From: Candidatus Altiarchaeota archaeon
GTDB taxonomy: Archaea > Altiarchaeota > Altiarchaeia > IMC4 > QMZM01
Assembly (NCBI GenBank): GCA_034659295.1
Contig: JAYEGX010000055.1
Coordinates: 9,726 to 73,725 of the forward strand
Length of the DNA: 64,000 bases
Direction: 5' to 3'
Position numbers and translations under genes: made by a program. Position 1 is the stretch's first letter, and each line of letters starts with the position of its first letter. The notes under the pieces were generated by a model. It searched no databases. It saw nothing but the letters and a program-made list of their open reading frames with translations, and was not told the DNA's origin. This document shows positions 18,286-28,071 of the stretch, one piece after another.

Positions 18286-19145
18286 ATAACATCCTACAAA
18301 AAAGCATCCGAGAAACCTATCAGTTTGGTTTAAAGAAGAGTAGTATTTACTTTATGGGATTCCTGTTTTTTTTCGCCATATCCCTGTATCTCGTCCTGAT
18401 TACAGCAATAATGCAATATTTCTTTGACTTCCCCTTCAGATGGGATAGCTACTCGATAAATTATATAGTAGGTAAAGGCTGGATGCATATTTCTATGCTG
18501 TTTTTCATGATTTTCTTCAACACGATTATATTCTGCTTTATTGGTGCCTTTTTCACCCTATTATTTTTTCACTCAATAAAAAAAGACGGCTTAGCTGAGG
18601 ACATAAACAACTATCTCAAGTGGAAGAAACTCGCGGAATTCATATACGAGGAATACATAAAAATGCTGCTCTTATTTATTCCATTCACCCTGGTTTTCTT
18701 GATGGTTACCGTAATGTTAAGCCTGCCATCATTTCTACTTTGGGGGGTGTTAGCTCAATCCACCCAAGGAAACAACCTGGTGATTTTGTTTATTGTGGGC
18801 TTATTTGATTCCCTCATTCTATCAGGGATTTTCCTGAAGATAGGGTTTTCCTTTCCCATCATGGTTTACGAGAAAAGAGAGGTGATTGAATCCCTCAAGA
18901 GAAGCGAACGCCTTACCAAAGGCTTTTTTATAGAGATATGGACTACAATAGCATTCTTCATGTTCATTGTTTTCGTGGCTAATTTTCTGGTCAGCTATGT
19001 GGGTATACTCCTAGGATACATGACCCTTTTACAACTCCTATTTAATTCTATTTTGGTTGTGCCCCCTGGTTTCATACTCACAACCAGAATCTATCTAAAC
19101 CTGAAAGGGCTTGCATACAATAAAAATGCCCCACAAATGCGCTAG
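18282..19145 (+). CDS. Polytopic membrane protein
   Basis: 287 aa with 6 or more hydrophobic helices. Overlaps both the upstream and downstream genes (operon). Confidence 0.5.
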   Translation: MNNILQKSIRETYQFGLKKSSIYFMGFLFFFAISLYLVLITAIMQYFFDFPFRWDSYSINYIVGKGWMHISMLFFMIFFNTIIFCFIGAFFTLLFFHSIKKDGLAEDINNYLKWKKLAEFIYEEYIKMLLLFIPFTLVFLMVTVMLSLPSFLLWGVLAQSTQGNNLVILFIVGLFDSLILSGIFLKIGFSFPIMVYEKREVIESLKRSERLTKGFFIEIWTTIAFFMFIVFVANFLVSYVGILLGYMTLLQLLFNSILVVPPGFILTTRIYLNLKGLAYNKNAPQMR

Positions 19146-19509
19146 ATGCAACATGATATATGAGGATAACGCAGAAGAACTATTGGATGGTTGTAGCTGC
19201 GGCTCCCGGGTTTTCCTGTACATCAGGGCGAAAGAGGATGAAAAGACCCATCAGGAGGTGATAGAAGAGCTGAAGAAGAAGAATCTTGCAGAGAATGACC
19301 TGGAGTGGATAGAAGATAGATTCAGTAAAGAGTTAGAGGGGGACGAGAAAACAATCAGTTTAGATGTGGAAAATCTAGCTCAACTGGATAAGGGAAAATA
19401 CAGGCTTGACCTGCCCTCTCTGATGAAAGGCGACCCCCTAGTAATAAAATCCAGAAAAGGCGTGTATTATATAGACATCGTACATGCTATGAAAAAAAAG
19501 AATCATTAG
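19126..19509 (+). CDS. Zn-ribbon-containing protein (DUF2072-like; tentative)
   Basis: MPHKCARCNMIYEDNAEELLDGCSCGSRVF reads as CxxC...CxC. The track start at 19111 is a TTG; ATG at 19126 is preferred. Confidence 0.45.
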   Translation: MPHKCARCNMIYEDNAEELLDGCSCGSRVFLYIRAKEDEKTHQEVIEELKKKNLAENDLEWIEDRFSKELEGDEKTISLDVENLAQLDKGKYRLDLPSLMKGDPLVIKSRKGVYYIDIVHAMKKKNH

Positions 19510-19657
19510 TTAATTATTTCTCCGAATGTAGAGTCCCATCCATAGTGTCACAGCCAACCCATCTATTAAAAAAGCTGAAGCAAGCGTTGAGATAAAGGAT
19601 GTTAGGAGTGAGGGGGATGGTGGAATATAAAGTTTTCCTTCAAATAGATTAAGTGAT

Positions 19658-20992
19658 ATGGCAATTCATCCAATAGAGTCTAGATACGGCAGAGCTGAGG
19701 TAAGAAGGATATTTGATGATGAAACAAAGCTTTCCCGGATGCTTGAAGTCGAATCCGCTCTTGCCCGGGCCCACGCCAAAGCAGGTAGTATCCCACAGGA
19801 TGCAGCGGATGAAATAACAAAAAAAGCAGACATTAGATACGTTAAATTGAAGAGGGTGAAGGATATTGAGGCAAAGATAGATCATGACGTGATGGCTATC
19901 GTCGAAGCTCTTTCTGAGCAGTGCGGTGATGCAGGGAAATACGTTCACCTGGGAGCGACAAGCAATGACATACAAGATACTGCGCTGGCTCTGCAGCTGA
20001 AGGAGTTTATCACCTACCTGAAGAAGGATCTACAGCAGCTTAGGAAGGTAATCATTAAACAGGCAAAGAGACATAAAAACACCGTAGCAATCGGTAGAAC
20101 CCATGGTCAGCACGCTATCCCAACAACCTACGGCCTGAAGTTCGCTATATATGCTGTGGAGATACAAAGGGGTATAGACCGAATAAGGGAGTGCGAGGAA
20201 AGAATCATTGTAGGACAATTGACTGGTGCAGTAGGTACGCAGGCTGCATTAGGGAGAAGGGGTGTTGAGCTGCAAAGGTATATGATGGAGGATCTGGGTT
20301 TAAAACCAGTTAAAGTTTCGAATCAGGTGATTCAAAGAGACAGGCATGCGGAATTCCTCCTTAATCTGGCTTTGATAGCTGAATCCCTGAACAAGATTAG
20401 CACCGAAATCAGAAATCTGCAGAGGACAGAGGTTGGTGAGGTGTCTGAGGGCTTCGGCAAGGATCAGGTCGGCTCCTCAACAATGCCCCATAAGATGAAC
20501 CCCATTTATGCTGAACGTATCTGTGGACTCAGCCGCGTCGTTAAGGCGAACGCGTTTACATCTCTGGACAATATCCCGTTGTGGCATGAGAGGGATCTGA
20601 CCAACTCCAGCTGTGAAAGGATTATTATTCCTGAATCCTGCATCCTTATAGATTACATCCTGAACCTGTCTATCGGATTGATAGATAATCTGGTTTTTAA
20701 CTACGACGCTATAGAGAGGAATCTTTCTTTGACTCAGGGCAGGGTTATGGCTGAGTCGGTTATGGTAGCTCTTGTGTCTAAGGGTTTAGGCCGGCAGGAG
20801 GCGCATGGGTTGACCAGAGACTGCGCCCTCGAAAGCCATCACAAAAAGATAGGGTTCAGGGAAACATTACTGGAGAACAAGGAAGTCAAGAAACTGCTGG
20901 ATGAGGGAGAGATAGACCAAGCCCTCGACCCCCACAGATATATCGGAACAGCAGTTGAACAAGTAGATAGGGTGGTAAAGGAACTGGAATGA
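19658..20992 (+). CDS. purB: Adenylosuccinate lyase
   Basis: 444 aa. Fumarate-lyase signature GSSTMPHKMNP. N-terminal YSRPEM-like region (RYGRAE) and typical length. Confidence 0.9.
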   Translation: MAIHPIESRYGRAEVRRIFDDETKLSRMLEVESALARAHAKAGSIPQDAADEITKKADIRYVKLKRVKDIEAKIDHDVMAIVEALSEQCGDAGKYVHLGATSNDIQDTALALQLKEFITYLKKDLQQLRKVIIKQAKRHKNTVAIGRTHGQHAIPTTYGLKFAIYAVEIQRGIDRIRECEERIIVGQLTGAVGTQAALGRRGVELQRYMMEDLGLKPVKVSNQVIQRDRHAEFLLNLALIAESLNKISTEIRNLQRTEVGEVSEGFGKDQVGSSTMPHKMNPIYAERICGLSRVVKANAFTSLDNIPLWHERDLTNSSCERIIIPESCILIDYILNLSIGLIDNLVFNYDAIERNLSLTQGRVMAESVMVALVSKGLGRQEAHGLTRDCALESHHKKIGFRETLLENKEVKKLLDEGEIDQALDPHRYIGTAVEQVDRVVKELE

Positions 20993-21207
20993 AGATTAAG
21001 GCATGTAGTAGATGCGGTTCAAGAAAACTCACCCTAATGGAACTGTCCAGGGAAAAGGAATCATACCCCCACTCCGAATTAATGGATAATCTTGTGGCAG
21101 TGAGATACCTGTGCGGTGACTGTACATTAATAGATGAACCAGTAGTCTTCAACTCAGAGGAGGACTGGATGGGGTTTCTAAAGATAAGGAATCAATCAAG
21201 AATATAA
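20989..21207 (+). CDS. Small zinc-ribbon protein
   Basis: 72 aa. CSRCGS...CGDC. Start overlaps the purB stop. Confidence 0.4.
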   Translation: MKIKACSRCGSRKLTLMELSREKESYPHSELMDNLVAVRYLCGDCTLIDEPVVFNSEEDWMGFLKIRNQSRI

Positions 21208-22133
21208 ACCCTGTGATCCAGTTCTATTACCTTAACCTCATCACCCTGCTTCAACGTTCCCTTGGTATTTTCTAACTCCAGTGTTTTGTTATCCTCCAAG
21301 CTAAGCAACTGCAGGTCATGTGGGCTTACGGAGGTAACAATGCATCTCTTTACGTCAGAGGCCTTTGCAACAGGCGTAAGATCCGAGAGCTCAGTCAGAG
21401 GCAACGAAACATGTTTCCCGGAATCAGGATCCTTAAGCTTTACAGTACTACCTCTTTTAAGGACCTGCAGGAGTCTGTTATTGTATCTTATTAAGTCCCC
21501 CACCTCAAAGGATGGCTCCTTCACCGAGATAGAGGATCTGTAGACGTCTTTACCCTCCTTTTTACCCATCAGGGCGTAGGAGTCCCTCACCAGGAAACCC
21601 CTATCCCTTAACTCTTTCATCAGACGGCTTCCATATCCGGAGGATGTCAGATAAATGTCCACTCCACCCCTCACATTCTCCACCTTGGAAACCAGGGAGT
21701 GATTGATGCCCTCAAACAATTGCCGGGGATTTTTTACCCTAAGCTGTAGTATGGACTCATAGTATCCTGCAGAGATTCTACCGCAAAAGGAGCAGTTACC
21801 TCTTGTTAGGCCCATCTGCCCCGTTACTTCCTTCCTGAATTCCTCGCCCAGGTATTCCCCGGAAAACAATATCCTGAGTTCTATCTTGTTCCTTACCAGG
21901 GAAAACCCCTCAAGCCTTACATCAATCGTCTTGAGTTCCCCTGGAACAACAAGTTTATTCTTCACCACCCGGGATAGGACATCCTCCAAACTGCTTTCCC
22001 AGCTGTTCTTGTATCTGGTTCGGCCACAGTTACAAAGCAACAGCGACGTATGCTCTAGGTACAGTGGATTATCATCCAGATAGCAGTCAAGGCACAAGCC
22101 ATCCCCCTCCCTACCGCATTTTGGGCAAAACAT
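21192..22133 (-). CDS. NMD3-family protein (ribosomal large-subunit export/maturation factor homolog)
   Basis: 313 aa. N-terminal Cys clusters MFCPKCGREGDGLCLDCY...LLCNCGR and a second cluster NCSFCGR, as in archaeal NMD3. Confidence 0.55.
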   Translation of the reverse strand: MFCPKCGREGDGLCLDCYLDDNPLYLEHTSLLLCNCGRTRYKNSWESSLEDVLSRVVKNKLVVPGELKTIDVRLEGFSLVRNKIELRILFSGEYLGEEFRKEVTGQMGLTRGNCSFCGRISAGYYESILQLRVKNPRQLFEGINHSLVSKVENVRGGVDIYLTSSGYGSRLMKELRDRGFLVRDSYALMGKKEGKDVYRSSISVKEPSFEVGDLIRYNNRLLQVLKRGSTVKLKDPDSGKHVSLPLTELSDLTPVAKASDVKRCIVTSVSPHDLQLLSLEDNKTLELENTKGTLKQGDEVKVIELDHRVYILD

Positions 22134-22176
22134 TTTTTTCCCAGTAAGTCTTATATATTACATATTAGGATTTGAA

Positions 22177-22806
22177 ATGAAAATAAGATGGTTTGGACAC
22201 GCAAGCTTCTGCATAGAAACCGAAGGGAAAACAATCTACATAGACCCATATATCCTACCCAAAAAGCAGGTTAAGGCGGATATAATTCTGGTAACGCATG
22301 AACACTACGACCACTGTGAGATAAAAAACATCAGACGGCTGAGGAAACCCCATACGGCAGTGATAGCCAGCAGCGAAGCAGCGAAGAAAATAGGGGACTC
22401 AGCTATTGCCCGGGCAGGTGATTTAATAAACATCCGGGGGGTCTATATAACTGCAGTGAATGCCTACAACATAGATAAATATTTCCACAAGAAGGGTGAT
22501 GGACTTGGTTTTGTGATAGAATCAGATGGTAAAAGAATCTATCACTCAGGGGATACAGATCTAATACCTGAGATGAATGATCTGGAAAATATTGATGTTG
22601 CCTTAATGTCTGTTGGCGGAAAATACACCATGGACTACCTTGAGGCAGCTGAAGCAGTCAAGACCATAAAACCAAGGATAGCAATACCAATGCACTGGGG
22701 AAGTGTTGTCGGAGAAAAACAAGATGCTGAGGGATTCAAGAAAAAAGTTGAGGAAGAAACAGAAACCAGGGTTTATATCATGGAAAATGCCTGGTTATCT
22801 ATTTAA
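22177..22806 (+). CDS. Metallo-beta-lactamase-fold hydrolase (UPF0173-like)
   Basis: MKIRWFGHASFCIE...ILVTHEHYDH (HxHxDH zinc motif), 209 aa. Confidence 0.7.
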   Translation: MKIRWFGHASFCIETEGKTIYIDPYILPKKQVKADIILVTHEHYDHCEIKNIRRLRKPHTAVIASSEAAKKIGDSAIARAGDLINIRGVYITAVNAYNIDKYFHKKGDGLGFVIESDGKRIYHSGDTDLIPEMNDLENIDVALMSVGGKYTMDYLEAAEAVKTIKPRIAIPMHWGSVVGEKQDAEGFKKKVEEETETRVYIMENAWLSI

Positions 22807-23475
22807 TACCCTGTATTTCAGCCGCAGCTCATCACAGTCCCTGTCCACGAAAAAGAGCTTCAGCTTCAGCACCCCATCTTCCATGAACCCGTCGCCGTCC
22901 ACGAGGGTGGGTGCGTTTTTGCCACCGAAAATCCGTGGTGCTACTGTGACATACATCTCATCAACCAAACCAGCCCTAAGGAAGCAGTAGTTTGTCTCCG
23001 CACCACCCTCAATCATCAATTTCCTGACTCCTAAATCATGCAGTGTTTCTGCAATAAAAAAAGGATCTATCTCATTATCTGCGCTCACGTAAACCTTCGC
23101 CATATTCCCGAGTTCATCAATCTTTAAGGTATCAGAGTGCATGGAGGCAAAAAAAACCTTCACAGCATTCCCGTAGTTAAGGAACTCAGAGTCCAGGTTA
23201 ACAGAATCTATTCTCCCAACCGCCACCTTCATGGGATTCTCGGATAAGCCCATCTCCAGTCTCTCCTCCCTCAGCCTCCCTGATTTAACAGTCAGCTTAG
23301 GGTCATCTGTCAAAAGCGTTTTCATCCCCACCAGCACAGCATCGGAGCCAGCCCTCAATTTGTCAACCACCTCCATGTCTTTCTGGCTGGAAATCCTCAC
23401 CTGCCTTCTCTCAAGGGTTGAAATCTTTCCGTCAACCGTCATAGCCGAGTTGATAAAGATGAAGGGCTTTTTCAT
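22795..23475 (-). CDS. 2,5-diamino-6-ribosylamino-4(3H)-pyrimidinone 5'-phosphate reductase-like (RibD C-terminal / DHFR-like fold)
   Basis: MKKPFIFINSAMTVDGKIST...AVLVGMKT is the typical start of archaeal riboflavin/F420 pathway reductases. Confidence 0.6.
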   Translation of the reverse strand: MKKPFIFINSAMTVDGKISTLERRQVRISSQKDMEVVDKLRAGSDAVLVGMKTLLTDDPKLTVKSGRLREERLEMGLSENPMKVAVGRIDSVNLDSEFLNYGNAVKVFFASMHSDTLKIDELGNMAKVYVSADNEIDPFFIAETLHDLGVRKLMIEGGAETNYCFLRAGLVDEMYVTVAPRIFGGKNAPTLVDGDGFMEDGVLKLKLFFVDRDCDELRLKYRVLNR

Positions 23476-23479
23476 TTAA

Positions 23480-24901
23480 CTACCCCTTAACCACCCCAAC
23501 AGGCTTCATTCTTGCAACAGCCCGGGATATCCCACTCAACTCCACGCTCTTTATAACCTCATCCACGTCCTTATAGGCCTTAGGAGCTTCTTCGGCCAGC
23601 ATCTTGGGATGGGTGGCTTTCACAAAAATACCCCGGGACTCCAGCTCCCTTTCCAGCTTGGATCCCTGGAAGGATTTAATTGCTTTACGTCTTGACATAA
23701 CCCTACCAGCACCGTGGCATGTGCTCCCGAAGGTTTCATCCAACCCTCGTTCTGTTCCAACAAGCACGTAGGATGCGGTTCCCATATCACCAGGGATAAG
23801 AACCGGATGCCCCACAGTCCGGTACACCTCAGGAATCTCTTTCCTGCCAGCGGGGAATGCTCTGGTAGCGCCTTTCCTGTGGACGCAGAGGTTTCTCTTT
23901 TCCCCATCCAGCATGTGTTCCTCGAACTTTGCGATGTTGTGGCAGACATCATAGGTTAATGGCATATCTATCTCTTGCCCGAATACCTTACGGAACGTCT
24001 GCCTGACCCAGTGAGCAATCACCTGCCTGTTGCAGAAGGCGTAATTGACGGCTGAATACATTGCACCAAAGTAATCCCTTGCCTCTCTTGATTCCAGCGG
24101 AGAGCAGGCCAGCTCCTTATCGGGTAATTTTATCCCGTATTTGCTAGCAGCCGGCAGCATTGTTTTTATGTAGTCGCTTGCTATCTGATGCCCGAAGCCG
24201 CGGGAGCCACAGTGTATCATAACAGTTACCTGCCCCTCCTCGACTATACCGAATTTGCGGGCTGCCTGCGGATCAAATATTTTGTCAACTGCCTGCACCT
24301 CAAGGAAATGGTTTCCTGCACCAAGAGTTCCCAGTTGATTCTTCCCCCGGGATTTAGCCCGAGCGCTTACCTTCGCCGGGCTGGCGCCCTCTATCGCACC
24401 GTATTCCTCCATGTGCTTGAGGTCTTCCTTTAGGCCAAGACCATTATCTATAGCCCATCCGGCGCCTGAAACAGCCACCTCGTCGAGCTCATTTATTGAC
24501 AGACGGAGACTGCTTTTACTTCCTACGCCCGATGGCACAGTATTGAACAGGGAGTCCACCAGATGCCTGAGCCTCGGTCTCAGCTCACTCTCTGACAAAT
24601 CAGTGGTTAACAAACGGATCCCACAATTGATATCATACCCCACACCACCCGGACTTACGACACCGGTTTCTGAGCTGAACGCTGCCACACCCCCTATGGG
24701 GAAACCGTACCCGTAGTGGCCGTCGGGCATTACCATAGCTGCTTTTTCTATGCCAGGTAATCTAGCAACATTCGATGCCTGCCTGAAGACCCCCTCCTCC
24801 ATAGCCCTGAACACCTTCTCGGTGGCGTAAACCCTGACCGGAACATTAAGTTCACTGCTACGATGCTCCCACACACCCTCCTTGATTTGCTTGAAGTCCA
24901 T
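23480..24901 (-). CDS. rtcB: tRNA-splicing ligase RtcB
   Basis: 473 aa. Conserved RtcB blocks (GYGFPIGG, HCGSRGFGHQ, NHAGAGR-like HGAGRVMSR). Typical length. Confidence 0.9.
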   Translation of the reverse strand: MDFKQIKEGVWEHRSSELNVPVRVYATEKVFRAMEEGVFRQASNVARLPGIEKAAMVMPDGHYGYGFPIGGVAAFSSETGVVSPGGVGYDINCGIRLLTTDLSESELRPRLRHLVDSLFNTVPSGVGSKSSLRLSINELDEVAVSGAGWAIDNGLGLKEDLKHMEEYGAIEGASPAKVSARAKSRGKNQLGTLGAGNHFLEVQAVDKIFDPQAARKFGIVEEGQVTVMIHCGSRGFGHQIASDYIKTMLPAASKYGIKLPDKELACSPLESREARDYFGAMYSAVNYAFCNRQVIAHWVRQTFRKVFGQEIDMPLTYDVCHNIAKFEEHMLDGEKRNLCVHRKGATRAFPAGRKEIPEVYRTVGHPVLIPGDMGTASYVLVGTERGLDETFGSTCHGAGRVMSRRKAIKSFQGSKLERELESRGIFVKATHPKMLAEEAPKAYKDVDEVIKSVELSGISRAVARMKPVGVVKG

Positions 24902-24931
24902 CCTTCCTTAATAAACAATGATTAGATTTAC

Positions 24932-25534
24932 TTAACCCAGATTCTTCCTCATTGAAGACTCCAGGTGCAAAAGCTTCTTTCTGCCCTTCCTGAAGCTCCT
25001 GTTGGAAAAATCAGTAATGTATTTCAGGTATCTCTCATCAACCAGAAGACATCCCTTTTCTGCTATGGGAGAGTCCAGCCTTTCGGTGTCGCATACCTCC
25101 ACCAGATAGCGTTCCTTTCTCAGGCCCTGGATGCCAACCCTCTTGTAGCCTGACTCTCTGGCAATGTATAGTATCTGCTTGGCTTTCTCTATTGTTTTCG
25201 CTGCGATATGGAGTATGGGAGACTCGTATTTAAACCGTACCATCCCCTCAGAGGGTACGTCCTGCAGGCAGTCGATTAATTCTTTAGGGGTTATCTCCCG
25301 GTGCCATTTACCCAGCCACCGGCTTTCCCGCTTAGACCCCAGGTCAAGCAACAAGGTTATCCTGCCAGAGCAACTGGAGGTGGTGTAGAAATCATCCAAT
25401 GAATTTATGTACTCGAGAAGGGGGATTATTTCCCCGTCCACATCCCCAAGGTTTCTGGCCTGATTGTAGCGCTCCACTGCGTTCCTTTTCTGGTTAACGA
25501 AACGCTTAGACATTTCTGTTTTCTTTGTCCACAA
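24932..25534 (-). CDS. tRNA wybutosine-synthesizing protein 3 homolog (Taw3/TYW3)
   Basis: 200 aa with the SSCSGRI motif characteristic of TYW3. Confidence 0.55.
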   Translation of the reverse strand: MWTKKTEMSKRFVNQKRNAVERYNQARNLGDVDGEIIPLLEYINSLDDFYTTSSCSGRITLLLDLGSKRESRWLGKWHREITPKELIDCLQDVPSEGMVRFKYESPILHIAAKTIEKAKQILYIARESGYKRVGIQGLRKERYLVEVCDTERLDSPIAEKGCLLVDERYLKYITDFSNRSFRKGRKKLLHLESSMRKNLG

Positions 25535-26318
25535 GTTTGGTGGTTATCCCCACCAGAGGGTGTTGGGCGTAGTCCATCACCTCAATGTCATCTAGTGTGA
25601 TAAGGTTTTTTTCTCTAGCAGTTTTTTCCATCCTCAAATCCACCTCCGGCTCCATTTCCAGAATATGGGCCATCAACTCATCAATACCCTGCCTCAGAGC
25701 CGCCACCGCCCGGTGGTGTCCGTCAACCAAAACGAGATAGCTCTTCCTCCTCACAACGATTATGGGCTCTGCCAGCCCCTTCCTGAGCTCATACTCCCTG
25801 CCCTCCAGTTCATCAGCATAAATCTTGTTCTGGGTTGGATGTAGTTTATTAACCGGAACAAGACGTTTGCCTAACTCAACACGCACGCCATACTCGGTCT
25901 CGAGGAGATTTTTCACCATGTTAACCTTCCCGGGAGTTACTCTTTCTATGTGAGAACGCAATATATCCAGGGTGGAGATAATACCCACCAGCATCCCGTT
26001 CCCGTTCACCACAGGAAGCTTCCTGTATCCGTACCTGAAGAGTACCCTGCCAGCGTCACCTAAATCCAGCTCAGGCCTAGCAACCACCAGCTTTTTCTTC
26101 TTTTTAAGGATATCTTCCACCCGCTTGTCTTTTTCATCATAGCTTCTGAGGAGCTGTTTAGCGGTGAGGAAACCAATCAATTCATTATCCCGGACCACGG
26201 GGAAATTCTCGTGGGTGGATGAAATAAATTTTTCTATGGCCTCAGACACTGTTGAATCAGAGGTTATGTAATCCACCTCAGGGGTCATGTAGTCAGCTAC
26301 CTTAGGTTTCACAGACAT
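25506..26318 (-). CDS. CBS-pair domain protein fused to a ParB/sulfiredoxin-like nuclease domain
   Basis: The N-terminal half has CBS-type repeats. The C-terminal half has the ParB-type DGHHR motif (VLVDGHHRAVAA). Confidence 0.55.
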   Translation of the reverse strand: MSVKPKVADYMTPEVDYITSDSTVSEAIEKFISSTHENFPVVRDNELIGFLTAKQLLRSYDEKDKRVEDILKKKKKLVVARPELDLGDAGRVLFRYGYRKLPVVNGNGMLVGIISTLDILRSHIERVTPGKVNMVKNLLETEYGVRVELGKRLVPVNKLHPTQNKIYADELEGREYELRKGLAEPIIVVRRKSYLVLVDGHHRAVAALRQGIDELMAHILEMEPEVDLRMEKTAREKNLITLDDIEVMDYAQHPLVGITTKLVDKENRNV

Positions 26319-26331
26319 TGTAAATAATTAT

Positions 26332-27087
26332 ATGAAATACCCTATAAGTAAGGGGGAAATTAAAATGAAAAACGATGTTAACCTGATACTCTTCGGGTTA
26401 GTGGTATTCCTATTGTTCAGTATGGTGGGGATAACATTATACTATCAAGAGACATACAAGTCCCTGGACGAAAGCCACTCTCAGGCTATGGGAAAAATCA
26501 GGGTGACAGAATGCCAGCTGAACGAAACCATCACCGAGGTGAATAAGAAAAGCGAGGCACTGGATGAAAGAGAGAGTGAGTTGACTGATATAATAAATGA
26601 ACTTAATTTGTCTAAAAAAAAGGTTTCCTCCCTGGGGGACTATTACGAAAACCTCAGGGGAGAGACGAAAACCCTTGAAAACCAGCTTGATTCAGCTGAA
26701 AGCAATAGAGACAGATACAAGCTGAACCTGGATGAAAAAACCAAGGAACTTGAGGTATGCGAGAAAGACAAGAAACTCCTCCAAAGTGAATTAAGTGATG
26801 CGGAGAATACGATAACTACAAGCAGGGGTAAGGTGGGGAATATGAGCTCAATCGTCTATACCCTAAGGTTAAATCTTAATGAGATCGAGTCAATAATCGA
26901 CGACGACATAAGAGACGATCTTGATGATATCAAGAAAGACATAGACGAGGGGGATGGTTGCAAGGAAAGTGATGTGGACAGCGCCATAGAATCCAATAAG
27001 GAGGTATATGACAAAATCGGGACAAGCAAAAATCTGCTTAGGATAATCAATACCATAACATCAAGACTTAACACCATCCTCAGTTAG
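26332..27087 (+). CDS. N-terminally anchored coiled-coil protein
   Basis: One TM helix (LILFGLVVFLLFSMVGITLYY) followed by a long heptad-rich, acidic region. Confidence 0.45.
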   Translation: MKYPISKGEIKMKNDVNLILFGLVVFLLFSMVGITLYYQETYKSLDESHSQAMGKIRVTECQLNETITEVNKKSEALDERESELTDIINELNLSKKKVSSLGDYYENLRGETKTLENQLDSAESNRDRYKLNLDEKTKELEVCEKDKKLLQSELSDAENTITTSRGKVGNMSSIVYTLRLNLNEIESIIDDDIRDDLDDIKKDIDEGDGCKESDVDSAIESNKEVYDKIGTSKNLLRIINTITSRLNTILS

Positions 27088-27090
27088 AAA

Positions 27091-28041
27091 ATGAAGGCTT
27101 TATTGATAAGGAAAATCAAGGACACCAGAAAAGAACACTGGAGGATTCGGCTTTTCATTGCCTTGATAAATGCCGTGATAGTATTCCTTCTGTCCGCCAT
27201 AATTCTTAGGTTTATAGAATCCAATATGCTGCTTGCCTTAGTTCCATCCATCATCTACATGGTCTATGAATTCTTCATCTCCAGCGCTGAAAGCGAGAGA
27301 GCCCTCATAGAACTGATTTCATCAAATAACCCCCATATGAGAGAGCAGATTAAAACAGCCTACGATAACAGAAAAGATACAGGGAGGAATATTGTTTTGT
27401 TGTCCCTGAGCAGGGAGGCATCCAGAATGATAGATCGGACAGGCGTATCATCCCTTATGGACAGCAACAAGATTGTGTTTAAAACAGTCTCGGCTGTTTT
27501 TTTATCATTTATCCTGTTGACTCTGAACTTTATGAGCCTTGATGTCTCGTCCATGAGCCACCTACTTGATAACGAAGAAATCAACCACCTGATTGACGGG
27601 ATAGAGGACTCCACAGGGTTTGACATGAGGGACGGTCTATCCGGCACGGGAGAAAAAAAAGAGTATGCGGCTGATGACAGATACGAAGACAGTCTGGAGA
27701 GACCGGACATCGGCTCCTCACATGGGGGTGTTATCCCGGGCTTTGACGAAGGAGAGATACCGGACTCAGGAGGAGGTGCAGGCTCCACAGCAGATGAGGA
27801 TATTTTCGGGGACCCATCCACTGCATCGATTGAGGGCCGCAACGTGGAGGTGAAACTCCACCCGGAATACGGTGGGAACATAGAGTTAAGGGACGTTAAT
27901 GATGAAGCAAGCGGGTGGGAGATTCCAGAGAAAACGTTGGAGGGGGAAGCCAGCGGGATGCCGGACCAGGATCCCGTGGAGTATGAAGAGTTCATAAAGA
28001 GATACTTTGAGGCCATGCAGCAGGAGGTTTCCAGACATTAA
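27091..28041 (+). CDS. Membrane protein with an acidic C-terminal domain
   Basis: Two or three TM segments, then a D/E/G-rich tail. It lies upstream of and co-oriented with MoxR-DUF58. Confidence 0.45.
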   Translation: MKALLIRKIKDTRKEHWRIRLFIALINAVIVFLLSAIILRFIESNMLLALVPSIIYMVYEFFISSAESERALIELISSNNPHMREQIKTAYDNRKDTGRNIVLLSLSREASRMIDRTGVSSLMDSNKIVFKTVSAVFLSFILLTLNFMSLDVSSMSHLLDNEEINHLIDGIEDSTGFDMRDGLSGTGEKKEYAADDRYEDSLERPDIGSSHGGVIPGFDEGEIPDSGGGAGSTADEDIFGDPSTASIEGRNVEVKLHPEYGGNIELRDVNDEASGWEIPEKTLEGEASGMPDQDPVEYEEFIKRYFEAMQQEVSRH

Positions 28042-28071
28042 TATAGTTTAACTCAGATATAAAATTAAACC

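Noticed and set aside
27360-28016. 218-aa minus-strand ORF
   Set aside because: Antisense to the acidic-tailed membrane protein gene. Ser/Pro-rich translation, characteristic of the reverse frame of an acidic coding region.
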